DNA of 62,999 bases from Bacteroidales bacterium (GTDB lineage: Bacteria > Bacteroidota > Bacteroidia > Bacteroidales > UBA10428). Of the stretch, positions 47,921 through 58,171 are shown piece after piece (position 1 is the stretch's first letter; each line of letters opens with the position of its first letter). The notes beneath the pieces are model-generated. The model was not told where the DNA came from and ran no database searches. It was given only the letters and a program-made list of their open reading frames with translations. The stretch spans positions 1 to 62,999 of the forward strand of contig JAFGOR010000289.1 in the NCBI GenBank assembly GCA_016926375.1, given 5' to 3'. The position numbers and the translations under genes are program-made.

Positions 47921-47952
47921 CATGAATCAAAACCCATAGCAATCCGGAAAAG

Positions 47953-50814
47953 TTGGCAAAAAAAGCAGTCAGTAAAGTCCTTGAAACAGGTGAGGTCAAT
48001 GTTTTCGGTGCACGGGTTCACAATCTGAAGAACATCGATGTTGCCATTCCGCGTAACCGCCTGAGTGTAATTACCGGTTTAAGCGGCAGCGGAAAATCAT
48101 CCCTGGCTTTTGATACCATTTATGCCGAAGGACAGCGTCGCTACATGGAAACGCTGTCGGCTTACGCCCGGCAATTCCTGGGAAACATGGAACGTCCCGA
48201 GGTGGACAAGATTACAGGATTAAGCCCGGTAATTGCCATTGAACAAAAAACCACAGGCAAAAATCCAAGATCAACGGTTGGCACACTCACCGAAATCTAT
48301 GACTTTCTGAGATTGTTGTATGCACGGGCCGGAATTGCCTATTCATACAATACCGGAGAGCCCATGGTGAAGTATACCGACGAGCAGATCATCACCCTGA
48401 TTATTGAAAAGTACGAAAACCGCAAAGTATACATACTTGCCCCTTTAGTTAAAGGCCGCAAAGGTCACTACAAGGAGGTTTTTGAACAAATACGCAGGAA
48501 AGGATTCCTGAACGCACGTGTTGACGGCGAACTTACAGAGGTAAGGCACGGGATGAAGCTCGACAGGTACAAGAGCCACTTTATCGAAATCGTTATCGAT
48601 AAAATGATTGTTACGGGTGAAGACAAAAACCGGCTGAGAAGTTCTGTTTCATTAGCCATGCAGCATGGCAAAGGCATCATCATGCTGCTGGATGCCGAAA
48701 AAAAGGAGCCCCGGTATTTCAGCCGGCTGCTCATGTGCCCTACAACGGGTATTTCCTATAATGAACCGGCTCCGCACACCTTTTCATTCAACTCACCGCA
48801 GGGAGCCTGCTCCAAATGTAACGGACTGGGAACCATTAACCAGATTGACATTTCGAAAATCATCCCCAACCCCGACCTGAGCATAAAAAAAGGCGGAATC
48901 GAACCGCTCGGACCTTATAAAAATGTGCTGATCTTCTGGCAACTCGAGGCCATTGCCACAAAATACAAATTCACCCTGAACACCCCCATAAAAGAGATTC
49001 CTGAAGATGGAATGAATGTGATTCTCTATGGTGCCGAAGAGACCTTCAAACTGGAAAATACGCCTATGGGATTTTCCACCAATTACTTCCTGAGTTTCGA
49101 AGGAGTGATCAACTACATTGCCAATCACCTGAACAATACAGGCCAGAAGGAAGAAGAAAAATGGACCGAACAATACATTGAAAAAGTTACCTGCCCCGAT
49201 TGCCAGGGAACGCGCCTGAAAAAAGAATCCTTGTTCTTCCTGATCCACGACCGCAACATTGCCCAACTGGCAGCAATGGATATTACGGCATTGTATGATT
49301 GGTTATCGGATGTAGACAAGCATTTAACAGGCCGACAACTGTCTATTGCCACAGAAATCCTCAAAGAACTCAAAACGAGAATCCGTTTTCTGCTGGATGT
49401 TGGCCTGGATTATCTTTCTCTTAACCGCAGCGCAGCAAGCCTGTCGGGAGGCGAAAGCCAGCGGATCCGGCTGGCTACCCAAATCGGGTCGCAACTGGTA
49501 AACGTGCTTTACATTCTTGATGAGCCCAGCATCGGACTGCATCAACGCGACAATGAAAGACTCATTGGTTCACTCAAAGATCTGCGCGACACGGGCAACT
49601 CGGTAATCGTAGTGGAACACGACCGCCAGATGATATTGAGTGCCGACTATGTTGTAGACCTGGGACCCTTTGCCGGCAGGCACGGAGGAGAGGTTTGCGC
49701 CACCGGAACCCCTGAGGAAATCATGAAAAGTGATTCACTTACTGCCCAGTATCTGAACAACCGGAAAACCATTACTGTTCCTGAGAAACGGCGCCAGGGT
49801 AATGGAAAAGCGCTTTTACTCCTGGGGGCAACCGGCAACAACCTGAAAAAAGTGGACATCACTTTTCCTTTGGGTAAATTCATTGGCATCACCGGTGTAT
49901 CGGGAAGCGGAAAGTCATCGCTGATTTATGACACGCTCTACCCCGTGTTGAGCCGTCATTTTTACAGGTCGAAAACAGCTGCGCTTCCCTATGACAAAAT
50001 AGTGGGACTGGAAAACATTGACAAGGTGATTGAAGTTGACCAGTCGCCCATCGGGCGCACCCCCCGCTCAAATCCTGCTACTTATACAGGAGTGTTTTCC
50101 GATATCCGGAAGCTGTTTGAACAAACCCGGGAATCAAAAATACGCGGTTACAAGGCCGGGCGATTCTCATTCAACGTCAAAGGCGGACGTTGTGAAACCT
50201 GCCAGGGTGCCGGGTTGCAAACAATTGAAATGAATTTTCTACCCGACGTGTATGTACATTGCAACGAATGCAACGGCAGGCGATATAACCGTGAAACACT
50301 CGAAGTTCGTTACAGGGGAAAGAATATCAGTGACGTGCTGGATATGACCATCACGCAGGCTGTTGAATTCTTTGAAAATATGCCAACCATCCGGCACAAA
50401 CTGGCCACCATTGACCAGGTAGGCCTGGGTTACATCACGCTTGGCCAGCCCTCTACCACCTTGTCGGGTGGAGAATCGCAACGAATCAAACTGGCCGCAG
50501 AACTTTCCAAAAAGGATACCGGAAAAACGCTGTATATACTGGATGAGCCCACAACCGGACTCCATTTTGAAGACGTCAGGGTGTTGCTGGAAGTGCTGGA
50601 CAGGCTGGTGGAAAAAGGAAATACGGTAATAGTTATTGAACACAACCTGGATGTGATTAAGGTGGCAGACCATATTATTGATATGGGACCCGAAGGCGGC
50701 GAAAAAGGAGGCAAGATAATATGTACGGGAACACCTGAGGAAGTCGCCAAAAACAAAAAAAGTTACACTGCGGTTTATCTCAAAGAAGAATTAAAACTGT
50801 CAGCAGGCAAGTAA
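47953..50814 (+). CDS. uvrA: Excinuclease ABC subunit A
   Basis: 953 aa with a TTG start. Two ABC modules (GLSGSGKSS, LSGGESQRIRLA; GVSGSGKSS, LSGGESQRIKLA) and zinc-finger cysteines (CSKCNGLG; CPDCQGTR; CETCQGAG...CNECNGRR). Confidence 0.97.
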   Translation: MAKKAVSKVLETGEVNVFGARVHNLKNIDVAIPRNRLSVITGLSGSGKSSLAFDTIYAEGQRRYMETLSAYARQFLGNMERPEVDKITGLSPVIAIEQKTTGKNPRSTVGTLTEIYDFLRLLYARAGIAYSYNTGEPMVKYTDEQIITLIIEKYENRKVYILAPLVKGRKGHYKEVFEQIRRKGFLNARVDGELTEVRHGMKLDRYKSHFIEIVIDKMIVTGEDKNRLRSSVSLAMQHGKGIIMLLDAEKKEPRYFSRLLMCPTTGISYNEPAPHTFSFNSPQGACSKCNGLGTINQIDISKIIPNPDLSIKKGGIEPLGPYKNVLIFWQLEAIATKYKFTLNTPIKEIPEDGMNVILYGAEETFKLENTPMGFSTNYFLSFEGVINYIANHLNNTGQKEEEKWTEQYIEKVTCPDCQGTRLKKESLFFLIHDRNIAQLAAMDITALYDWLSDVDKHLTGRQLSIATEILKELKTRIRFLLDVGLDYLSLNRSAASLSGGESQRIRLATQIGSQLVNVLYILDEPSIGLHQRDNERLIGSLKDLRDTGNSVIVVEHDRQMILSADYVVDLGPFAGRHGGEVCATGTPEEIMKSDSLTAQYLNNRKTITVPEKRRQGNGKALLLLGATGNNLKKVDITFPLGKFIGITGVSGSGKSSLIYDTLYPVLSRHFYRSKTAALPYDKIVGLENIDKVIEVDQSPIGRTPRSNPATYTGVFSDIRKLFEQTRESKIRGYKAGRFSFNVKGGRCETCQGAGLQTIEMNFLPDVYVHCNECNGRRYNRETLEVRYRGKNISDVLDMTITQAVEFFENMPTIRHKLATIDQVGLGYITLGQPSTTLSGGESQRIKLAAELSKKDTGKTLYILDEPTTGLHFEDVRVLLEVLDRLVEKGNTVIVIEHNLDVIKVADHIIDMGPEGGEKGGKIICTGTPEEVAKNKKSYTAVYLKEELKLSAGK

Positions 50815-50853
50815 GCATAGTTTATATTTTCATAAAAATAATATCAAAATTAG

Positions 50854-50861
50854 TAATTTTG
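50854..50861 (+). promoter_or_regulatory. Candidate -7 promoter box (TAnnTTTG) for the LOG-family gene
   Basis: TAATTTTG, 67 nt upstream of the ATG at 50929. Confidence 0.35.
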
Positions 50862-50928
50862 CACTCCTGAATCGAACATCCATAAATTGTTCACGTATAG
50901 GAATTAGATTTTCAATGAATTCAAGTTT

Positions 50929-51639
50929 ATGACACACGGAGAAGAAAAGATTATTGATGCTTTTAAAAAAAGAGACTGGCAGGAAATACAAAGCTCAGAC
51001 AGCTGGGGTATTTTCAAGATCATGTCGGAATTTGTAGAAGGATACGAAAAGCTGGCACGTATCGGCCCCTGTGTATCTATATTTGGGTCTGCCCGCACCG
51101 AGCCCGGAACCAAGTTTTACAAGCTCTCTGAAGAAATTGCCTATCAGCTGACACAATATGGTTATGGTGTTATTACAGGCGGCGGCCCCGGAATTATGGA
51201 AGCGGCCAACCTGGGAGCCAAAAGAGGAAAAGGCAGATCCGTGGGAATCAACATCGATCTGCCCTTTGAGCAGGAGCCCAATTTGTTTATCGATTCTGAC
51301 AAGCTGATTACCTTCGACCATTTTTTTGTACGCAAGGTCATGTTCATCAAATATGCCCAGGGATTTATTGTGCTTCCCGGAGGATTCGGTACCTTTGATG
51401 AACTCTTTGAAGCCTTGACATTGATCCAAACCGAAAAAATCGGCAGATTTCCTATTGTACTCGTCGGAAGGGATTACTGGGAAGGGCTTGTAAAATGGGT
51501 AAAAGAAGTGATGCTCGACGAACAGAAGAACATCAGCACAGACGACATGGAACTTTTCACCGTGGTGGATACAGCGGAAGAAGCGGTGAAACACATCAAT
51601 GAGTTTTACAGCAAGTACCTGCTGAGTCCCAATTTCTGA
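50929..51639 (+). CDS. LOG-family (TIGR00730) nucleotide phosphoribohydrolase
   Basis: 236 aa with the motifs GGGPGIMEAAN and PGGFGTFDELFEALTLIQTEK, which are characteristic of the LOG / 'lysine decarboxylase-like' family. Confidence 0.9.
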   Translation: MTHGEEKIIDAFKKRDWQEIQSSDSWGIFKIMSEFVEGYEKLARIGPCVSIFGSARTEPGTKFYKLSEEIAYQLTQYGYGVITGGGPGIMEAANLGAKRGKGRSVGINIDLPFEQEPNLFIDSDKLITFDHFFVRKVMFIKYAQGFIVLPGGFGTFDELFEALTLIQTEKIGRFPIVLVGRDYWEGLVKWVKEVMLDEQKNISTDDMELFTVVDTAEEAVKHINEFYSKYLLSPNF

Positions 51640-51767
51640 CAACCAATGCAGGATCATTTTGCTGGATTTCACCGAGTAACCAGGTCGTTTACCGGAAGTT
51701 GTTCATAACTTAATTGCTAATATACATGGGATTAATTATTTTTATTACTCTTTAAAATACCGAATCC

Positions 51768-53189
51768 ATGGTTAAACTAGTAATGACCCTGCTGAACCTA
51801 TTGTTAATCCTGGCTTTTCAGATATTCCCCGGCGGTGTGTCGGTAAAAATGGATGTTCCTGCAGAGGTACAGGCCGGTTCGGAATTTGAGGTGAAAGTTA
51901 CACTGAACAAGGGAGACCTCGAAGGATTCTCACGTTTTCAGCAGAATATCCCCGCCGGTCTTACAGCCACATCAATTTCTTCGTCTGATGCCGATTTTAC
52001 CTTCAGTGAAAAGCGCGTAAGGCTTATCTGGCTCCGGATACCCGGAAATGACGAAATTACCGTTACCTATCGGGTTAAGATTGACGAAAGGCTGAAAGGC
52101 ACTTTTGACCTCAGCGGAAAATTCTCTTATATTGAAAATAACGAACGAAAATCAGTTGATGTTGACCCGGTTGCCATTAGTATTCTGCCATCTCCTACCA
52201 TTGATCCCACGCTGATAGTTGATGTAAATGATTTTGAAAAGGTTACCATGCCGGCCCCGGGAACGCTCTCACCCGGAGAAGTTTCTGTGGCCTGTATCAG
52301 ACAAAGGCCCTATGCCGGATCACAGGGCGATTACATTGTAAATGTGCTGGTGAGCAAGAATCTCACCCGGCAGTTTGCCAAAATTGAAGAAGATGTTCCC
52401 GAAGGCTATACCGCTGTTGCGCTTGATGCCAAAGATGCCATATTCACATTCAAGGAACAAAAGGTTAAATTCCTGTGGATGAATTTACCTACAGACTCCT
52501 ATTTTACTGTTTCATACAGGCTGATTCCCAAAAACCAGACAAAACTTGCCGCACCGGTAATCGACGGCGCTTTCTCCTATCTGGTGGAAGACAACACCGT
52601 AAGCGTGGATATTATTGAAAGAGACCTGAACCTGGCCGACCTGAGCGGTCAGGATGTGAATGCACTGGTGGCAAAGGCCCTGTCGGAGCCCGAGCCCGAG
52701 CCAGTACTTGCCCAGGTTCCTGCGGATGAACCCGTTACAGCAGAACCAGTGACGCCAACCGAAACCCGGGTTGAAAAACCGGCAGAAACAAAACCCCAGG
52801 TTGCAACGGAAACAAAAAACGGGAGCAAAACCGAAACCCGGCCGACAAAACCGGCAGCTACCAACCTCACCGCAGATGCAGCTTACCTGCTCGATCCTGA
52901 ACAGGGCGTTTATTACAGGGTGCAGGTTGCCGCCGGTCACAAACCGGTAAACATCACCCGCTATTTCAGAAAAATGAATCTCGAAAAAGAGGTGCGCAAG
53001 GAAACACACGACGGCTGGATGAAGTACTCAGTAGGCTCATTCCCCTTATACAAGGAAGCCAGGGATTACAGGGTTCACATCTGGAACACAACACCGGCAA
53101 AAGACGCATTCATTGCGGCATATAACAACGGGCAGCGCATTACCGTGCAGGAAGCCCTGATGATAACCGAGCAAAAATGGTATCGATGA
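51768..53189 (+). CDS. Secreted protein: two copies of an uncharacterised ~110-aa beta-rich domain, a P/E/T-rich linker, and a SPOR-like C-terminal domain
   Basis: An internal duplication is visible by eye: GFSRFQQNIPAGLTATSISSSDADFTFSEKRVRLIWLRIP...TVTYRV versus QFAKIEEDVPEGYTAVALDAKDAIFTFKEQKVKFLWMNLP...TVSYRL. The linker is EPEPEPVLAQVPADEPVTAEPVTPTE... The C-terminus (YYRVQVAAG...YSVGSF...AFIAAYNNGQRI) is SPOR-like; this is a tentative call. Confidence 0.6.
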   Translation: MVKLVMTLLNLLLILAFQIFPGGVSVKMDVPAEVQAGSEFEVKVTLNKGDLEGFSRFQQNIPAGLTATSISSSDADFTFSEKRVRLIWLRIPGNDEITVTYRVKIDERLKGTFDLSGKFSYIENNERKSVDVDPVAISILPSPTIDPTLIVDVNDFEKVTMPAPGTLSPGEVSVACIRQRPYAGSQGDYIVNVLVSKNLTRQFAKIEEDVPEGYTAVALDAKDAIFTFKEQKVKFLWMNLPTDSYFTVSYRLIPKNQTKLAAPVIDGAFSYLVEDNTVSVDIIERDLNLADLSGQDVNALVAKALSEPEPEPVLAQVPADEPVTAEPVTPTETRVEKPAETKPQVATETKNGSKTETRPTKPAATNLTADAAYLLDPEQGVYYRVQVAAGHKPVNITRYFRKMNLEKEVRKETHDGWMKYSVGSFPLYKEARDYRVHIWNTTPAKDAFIAAYNNGQRITVQEALMITEQKWYR

Positions 53190-54592
53190 AACACTTTATA
53201 TCAGTTCATACCTGCACTCATGCAGCTTTTCTGTTTCTGCTTCTGCTGCTACCGGTGTCATCTGTTTTTGGTCAGGAAGATGAATTGGATCGGCTGCTCA
53301 ATGAAGAAGTGGAAAACATCAATCCGGTTTATAAACCGGTTATCAGCTTTGGTGCCGGTGTACTCAATTATTTCGGAGATATCAAAAACAACTACTACTC
53401 ACCCACCATCGGTACCCTGGGTTATAAGGTAAATCTGGCCACCTATCTCGATGAAAAGCGTTATTTCAAGGGCGAGTTCTTTTTCCTGGGAGGTAAACTT
53501 TCCGGAAATGAAAGATCGTTCACTGATCCGCTGAAGAATTTTAATTTCCAGACCGACATCTACAATTTCGGTGTGGATGTCAATTACGATTTTGACCATT
53601 TCTACAAGAAAAAAGACACCCGGTTTCATCCTTACATTGCCCTGGGTATCGGCACGGTAATATTCAATTCCAGGACCGACAGCATTGCTTCATACTTTGA
53701 TCCTGATGCCGGCACCAATGTGACTGCAAAATATAATTACTGGACTGACGGCACCATCCGTGGTGTTCCGCAGGCAACAGGGGATCCTGATTTGAGTCAA
53801 CTGATGAGTCGCGACTTCAAGTACGAAACTTCCCTGAGAGGTTACGACTGGGGATTGGGGAATTATTCGCAATATGCTTTTGTGATACCTGTTGAATTCG
53901 GTATCGACATGCACCTGTCCGACCGGCTGATGATTCGGGTGGGCAACTCCTTCTCCTATGCCCTCTCCGATGTGATTGACCATGTGAGCTCAAAAAATGA
54001 AAGCGGACGGAAAGGCAAGAAAGGTAATGACATGTACAACTTCACCTATGTCTCTTTTCATCTCGACCTGTTTTCATCAGCAAAAATGCTTAAAATGGAA
54101 AGGCTATTCCGGGATATGGAATTTGACCCCATGCTATACGGCGATGATGATAATGACGGGTATGTTGACGGATGGGATGAATGTCCGGATACCCCCCTGG
54201 GTGTGGCAACCGATTCTTCCGGATGCCCGCTCGATTCAGATAGCGACGGCATTTACGATTATCTCGATAAAGAACCAAACAGCAGATTTGGCTCCTTTGT
54301 CAATGCCGAAGGTGTTGAAATAACCGAGGAAGATTTAATTGCCTTACTGAACCATTCCATGGCAGTGGGACGCAATGAAATCGACCTGTACCTGCGCAAA
54401 TCCGATGCTTATTCGGGCCGCAGGGGAAGCGGTGTTCCCATCCCCGACAAGTTCAAACAGGTAGACGCTGATAAAGACAATTACATTTCTTTCGATGAGA
54501 TGCTGAAAGAGATAGACCGCTTTTTCGATTTCGAGTCGAGTTTGACTGCCGGCGATATTTACGAGCTCAACAGCTTCTTCTTTGCTCAGTAA
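53177..54592 (+). CDS. Outer-membrane protein: beta-barrel N-domain, thrombospondin type-3 Ca-binding repeats, and a C-terminal EF-hand
   Basis: Signal peptide present. Barrel-like residues ~40-300. TSP3-like DDDNDGYVDGWDECPDTP and DSDSDGIYDYLD. The canonical EF-hand loop DADKDNYISFDE lies at nt 54464-54499. The alternative ATG at 53186 forms an ATGA overlap with the upstream stop codon. Confidence 0.65.
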   Translation: MVSMKHFISVHTCTHAAFLFLLLLLPVSSVFGQEDELDRLLNEEVENINPVYKPVISFGAGVLNYFGDIKNNYYSPTIGTLGYKVNLATYLDEKRYFKGEFFFLGGKLSGNERSFTDPLKNFNFQTDIYNFGVDVNYDFDHFYKKKDTRFHPYIALGIGTVIFNSRTDSIASYFDPDAGTNVTAKYNYWTDGTIRGVPQATGDPDLSQLMSRDFKYETSLRGYDWGLGNYSQYAFVIPVEFGIDMHLSDRLMIRVGNSFSYALSDVIDHVSSKNESGRKGKKGNDMYNFTYVSFHLDLFSSAKMLKMERLFRDMEFDPMLYGDDDNDGYVDGWDECPDTPLGVATDSSGCPLDSDSDGIYDYLDKEPNSRFGSFVNAEGVEITEEDLIALLNHSMAVGRNEIDLYLRKSDAYSGRRGSGVPIPDKFKQVDADKDNYISFDEMLKEIDRFFDFESSLTAGDIYELNSFFFAQ

Positions 54593-54611
54593 GGAATTGG
54601 GATGCTGACTG

Positions 54612-55058
54612 CTATTTTTTCATCAACCTGTCGAGCTGTCTTTTGGAATCCTTCTTTTTGATGTCTTCGCGTTTGTCGAATTCCTTCTTTCCGCGTGCCA
54701 GTGCAATTTCAAGCTTGGCATAACGGCTTGCAGCAAGAAAAATTTTAAGGGCTATAATGGTCAGCCCTTTTTCCTTTACGTTCTTCTGGAGCTTCTTCAA
54801 TTCCCTGCGGGTCAATAACAATTTACGTTCGCGTTTGGGAAAGTGGTTATAAATACTGCCGAAATCGTATTCCGAGATGTGCATCCCCTTCACAAACAAC
54901 TCGCCTTCATTGAAAAAGCAGTATGAATCAACAAGGCTGGCTTTTCCGGCCCGCAGCGATTTGATTTCGGTGCCGGTGAGCACGATTCCTGCCACAAACT
55001 TGTCGATTATCTCAAAGTCGTGCCAGGCTTTCTTATTTTTAATATCAATTTCAGCCAT
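54612..55058 (-). CDS. smpB: SsrA-binding protein
   Basis: Track ORF is 54612..55082. The ATG at 55058 gives MAEIDIKNKKAWHDFEIIDKFVAGIVLTGTEIKSLR..., the canonical SmpB N-terminus, with a basic C-terminal tail. Confidence 0.93.
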   Translation of the reverse strand: MAEIDIKNKKAWHDFEIIDKFVAGIVLTGTEIKSLRAGKASLVDSYCFFNEGELFVKGMHISEYDFGSIYNHFPKRERKLLLTRRELKKLQKNVKEKGLTIIALKIFLAASRYAKLEIALARGKKEFDKREDIKKKDSKRQLDRLMKK

Positions 55059-55122
55059 ATACGGGTTGATGCAGAATTGCAAATTAAGTTGATTTTATCC
55101 GATTTTCCATAAATTAGCCGGA

Positions 55123-56058
55123 ATGAAATTCAACGGGATGAAGATGCACCGGTATGACCTGATTGCAGTAATCGGACCAACCGCCAGCGGAAAAACAGAA
55201 TTTGCTGCAAGGCTGGCCCAAAACCTGGACGGAGAGGTCATCAGTGCCGATTCAAGGCAGGTGTACCGCAACATGAATATCGGCACGGGTAAAGATTACT
55301 CAGATTACCTGGTCAATGGTACTGCGGTTCCCGTTCACCTCATCGATATTGCAGAACCAGGATACAAATACAGCATATTTGAATACCAGCGTGATTTTTT
55401 CCAGGCATACAGGGATGTCGCATCAAGGAATAAAATGCCTGTGTTATGCGGTGGATCAGGCATGTATATTGAAGCAGTAACTCATTGCTACAGGCTTGAT
55501 GAAGTTCCTGTGAACGAAAAGCTGAGGCTTGAATTGCAGGGAAAAAGCCTGAACGATTTGAAGGAAATCCTGTTACAACTCAAAACCCTGCACAATCAAA
55601 CCGACACGGATACTGTGGAACATGCCCTGAGGGCCATTGAAATTGAGTATTTCTACCACGACCACCCCGGAGAAAGGGATCTTCCCAACCTCAGCATACT
55701 TTACCTGGGTATTTTGTATGACAGGGATACAGAGCGCAAAAGAATAACTGAGCGTTTGCACAAAAGGCTTCAGCAGGGAATGGTTGAAGAGGTCAGGAGC
55801 CTGCTTGCTTCCGGAATATCGGCCGACAGCCTAAGCTATTATGGTTTGGAATACCGGTATATTACCCGGTACCTGACCGGAAAAATGGAATATGAAACCA
55901 TGGTGTCGCTTCTGAATACAGCTATCCATCAGTTTGCCAAGCGCCAGCGTACCTGGTTCAGGAGAATGGAACGCAGGGGCACTCAGATTCATTGGATCAG
56001 CGGTGAATTGCCCCTGGACGAAAAAATCGAATCAGCACTGGCTCTGCTTAACAGTTGA
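55123..56058 (+). CDS. miaA: tRNA dimethylallyltransferase
   Basis: P-loop GPTASGKT, then ISADSRQVYRNMNIGTGK, and the C-terminal QFAKRQRTWFRR. Confidence 0.93.
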   Translation: MKFNGMKMHRYDLIAVIGPTASGKTEFAARLAQNLDGEVISADSRQVYRNMNIGTGKDYSDYLVNGTAVPVHLIDIAEPGYKYSIFEYQRDFFQAYRDVASRNKMPVLCGGSGMYIEAVTHCYRLDEVPVNEKLRLELQGKSLNDLKEILLQLKTLHNQTDTDTVEHALRAIEIEYFYHDHPGERDLPNLSILYLGILYDRDTERKRITERLHKRLQQGMVEEVRSLLASGISADSLSYYGLEYRYITRYLTGKMEYETMVSLLNTAIHQFAKRQRTWFRRMERRGTQIHWISGELPLDEKIESALALLNS

Positions 56059-56077
56059 ATAAATACCGAAGGGTGGT

Positions 56078-56494
56078 TTACATCAATGCCCACTTGTGCG
56101 ATACACACAGGAATGTAAGGTATGAAAAGTAGATCAGATTAATGACCCCTACCAGGATGTTGTATTCCACCCTGTTCTTTTTTATCTTGCGCCTGATCAT
56201 GATACCCACATTGGGGATGATGGTTGAGGTAAGAAAAAACAGGAAATGAATGTTAAAAAGGGTATCAAAAGGCTGCTCAGAAGCATTGTACTCCTTTTTC
56301 CCGAATAGCAGCAGGTAGGTGAAAGCCAGAAAAGAGATCAAATAAAACAGGTAACTCAGTTTCAGAAAAGCAGTTGATTTCCGCCTTTTTTTATGATACC
56401 GCAAAGGCTTCAGGATGATAATGGTAACAACAAAGAGAATGGCATAACCGATTAGGAAGAACGTCTGGAATACCCCGTGAAAAAAATTACCCAT
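56078..56494 (-). CDS. Hypothetical integral membrane protein (about 4 TM segments)
   Basis: 138-aa ORF with four hydrophobic segments separated by basic loops. No family was recognised. Confidence 0.45.
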   Translation of the reverse strand: MGNFFHGVFQTFFLIGYAILFVVTIIILKPLRYHKKRRKSTAFLKLSYLFYLISFLAFTYLLLFGKKEYNASEQPFDTLFNIHFLFFLTSTIIPNVGIMIRRKIKKNRVEYNILVGVINLIYFSYLTFLCVSHKWALM

Positions 56495-56663
56495 GGCAGA
56501 TCTGATTTGTCATACCAATATAGCAAAAAAACCTGTAACATCAGGTAAAACAGGCATTGTTTATGAACAGCTGGAAATAAACTACCTGGCTGAAGAACTG
56601 AAATCCCTCGGCTTCGCCCGGGATCAGTTCGACTCAATAATTTTGTTTCACAAAATTATAGTC

Positions 56664-58073
56664 TCACTGATTTAATACAAGCAGGGCCACATTCTCAACA
56701 TGGTGTGTGAACGGAAACATATCCACCGGTTGGATTTTCACCAGCCGGTAACTGCCTGAAAGCAGTGAAACATCCCGTGCCTGAGTGGCAGGATTGCAGC
56801 TCACATAAACAATACGGCCTGGACGGGCCGCCAGTATGGCCTCAACCACATCTGTGTGCATGCCTGTTCTGGGCGGATCGGTGATGATCACATCAGGTCT
56901 TCCGTTTTCTTCTGTGAATGATTCATTAAGCAGTTCCCGGATGTCGCCTGCATAAAAAAACGAATTTTCAATGCGGTTCAGTCCTGCATTTTTTTTCGCG
57001 TCTTCAATGGCCTCAGGAACGTATTCCAAACCAACAACCTTGCGGCACCGGTTTGCCAGAAACAAAGCAATGGTACCTGTACCGGTATACAAATCATAAA
57101 CAATTTCACTGCCCTTCAGATTGGCAAAATCGCGGGCAACACAATACAGCTGATGTGCCTGTTCGGTATTGGTCTGAAAAAATGACTTGGGCGAAATACT
57201 GAAAACCAGGTCTTCCATTTTCTCAAGCAGCTGGTTGTTACCTTTGAACAGGTTAACGGGAAGATCCGTGATGGTATCATTGGCTTTTGAATTAATCACA
57301 TACATCAGCGATGTGATTTGTGGAAATTGCGAAGCTACGGCATCCAGCAGCGCGACAATCTGATCCTGGTCATCCCTGAAAAATGAAAAGATCGCCATCC
57401 ACTCACCGGCCAGGTTATTGCGCAAAATCAGGTTCCTCAGCAAACCTTCCTGGTGAATCAGGTCGAAGAATTTCAGGTTGTGCTCAAATGCATAATCCCT
57501 TACAAAGTTCCTGATGTGATTTGATGGCTCGGGCTGCAGGTAACATTCAGCTATATCCAGCACCTTATCAAATCTGCCGGGAATGTGAAACCCCAGTCCC
57601 CTTCTTTCAATATTCAGGTCGCCCGAATTGATTTCATCGGAAGTAAGCCACCTGTTTGATGAAAAGGTAAACTCAAGTTTATTCCGGTAGTAATGTTGCT
57701 TTTCAGATGGCAGTATGGGCAATACCTCATCAGCCTGCACCTTACCGATGCGCTCAAATGCGTCGGTAACCTGTCTGTGTTTGAATTTCAGCTGTTCTGC
57801 ATAAGGCAAATGTTGCCACTTACAGCCGCCACATAATCCGAAATGCCTGCAAAAAGGCTCGCTCCGGGTGGCTGAATATTGATGAAAATGAACCGGGTAA
57901 CCTTCCATAAAACGTTTTCTTTTACGGACAACCTGAACATCCACAATATCGCCCGGCACACAGTTGGAAACGAATACCACAACCCCTTCCACATGTCCGA
58001 TTGCCTTACCTTCTGCTGCAATATTATCAATCAGCAGTTTTTCTATTACTGGTTTACTTTTTGAACGGCCCAT
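56664..58073 (-). CDS. rlmD: 23S rRNA (uracil1939-C5)-methyltransferase RlmD/RumA family
   Basis: Track ORF is 56664..58244. The ATG at 58073 (MGRSKSKPVIEKL...) starts the TRAM domain, has a -7 box 17 nt upstream, and avoids overlap with the divergent gene. Motifs: Fe-S cysteines CRHFGLCGGCKWQH, DLYTGTGT, DPPRTG, VYVSCNP. Confidence 0.9.
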   Translation of the reverse strand: MGRSKSKPVIEKLLIDNIAAEGKAIGHVEGVVVFVSNCVPGDIVDVQVVRKRKRFMEGYPVHFHQYSATRSEPFCRHFGLCGGCKWQHLPYAEQLKFKHRQVTDAFERIGKVQADEVLPILPSEKQHYYRNKLEFTFSSNRWLTSDEINSGDLNIERRGLGFHIPGRFDKVLDIAECYLQPEPSNHIRNFVRDYAFEHNLKFFDLIHQEGLLRNLILRNNLAGEWMAIFSFFRDDQDQIVALLDAVASQFPQITSLMYVINSKANDTITDLPVNLFKGNNQLLEKMEDLVFSISPKSFFQTNTEQAHQLYCVARDFANLKGSEIVYDLYTGTGTIALFLANRCRKVVGLEYVPEAIEDAKKNAGLNRIENSFFYAGDIRELLNESFTEENGRPDVIITDPPRTGMHTDVVEAILAARPGRIVYVSCNPATQARDVSLLSGSYRLVKIQPVDMFPFTHHVENVALLVLNQ

Positions 58074-58090
58074 TTTAAGCAGATGAAGCG

Positions 58091-58098
58091 CAAAGATA
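58091..58098 (-). promoter_or_regulatory. Candidate -7 promoter box (TAnnTTTG) for rlmD
   Basis: The minus strand reads TATCTTTG, 17 nt upstream of the ATG at 58073. Confidence 0.4.
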
Positions 58099-58171
58099 AT
58101 GGAAATACCTTTGCGTTGACTCTTGCAAGAATATTCACACACAGCCAACTGTTTTGGTGTCGGATTTTTTA

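Noticed and set aside
50995-51672. 225-aa minus-strand ORF fully antisense to the LOG-family gene
   Set aside because: The plus strand carries the unmistakable LOG motifs (GGGPGIMEAAN, PGGFGTFDEL). The antisense ORF has no motifs, no promoter box and no sensible start context.
56495-56663. 60-61-aa ORFs on both strands, and an AT-only 8-bp hairpin (56639-56657), between the membrane-protein gene and rlmD
   Set aside because: The ORFs have no motifs and overlap flanking genes. The hairpin is AT-only with no U-tract, so it is not a convincing terminator.
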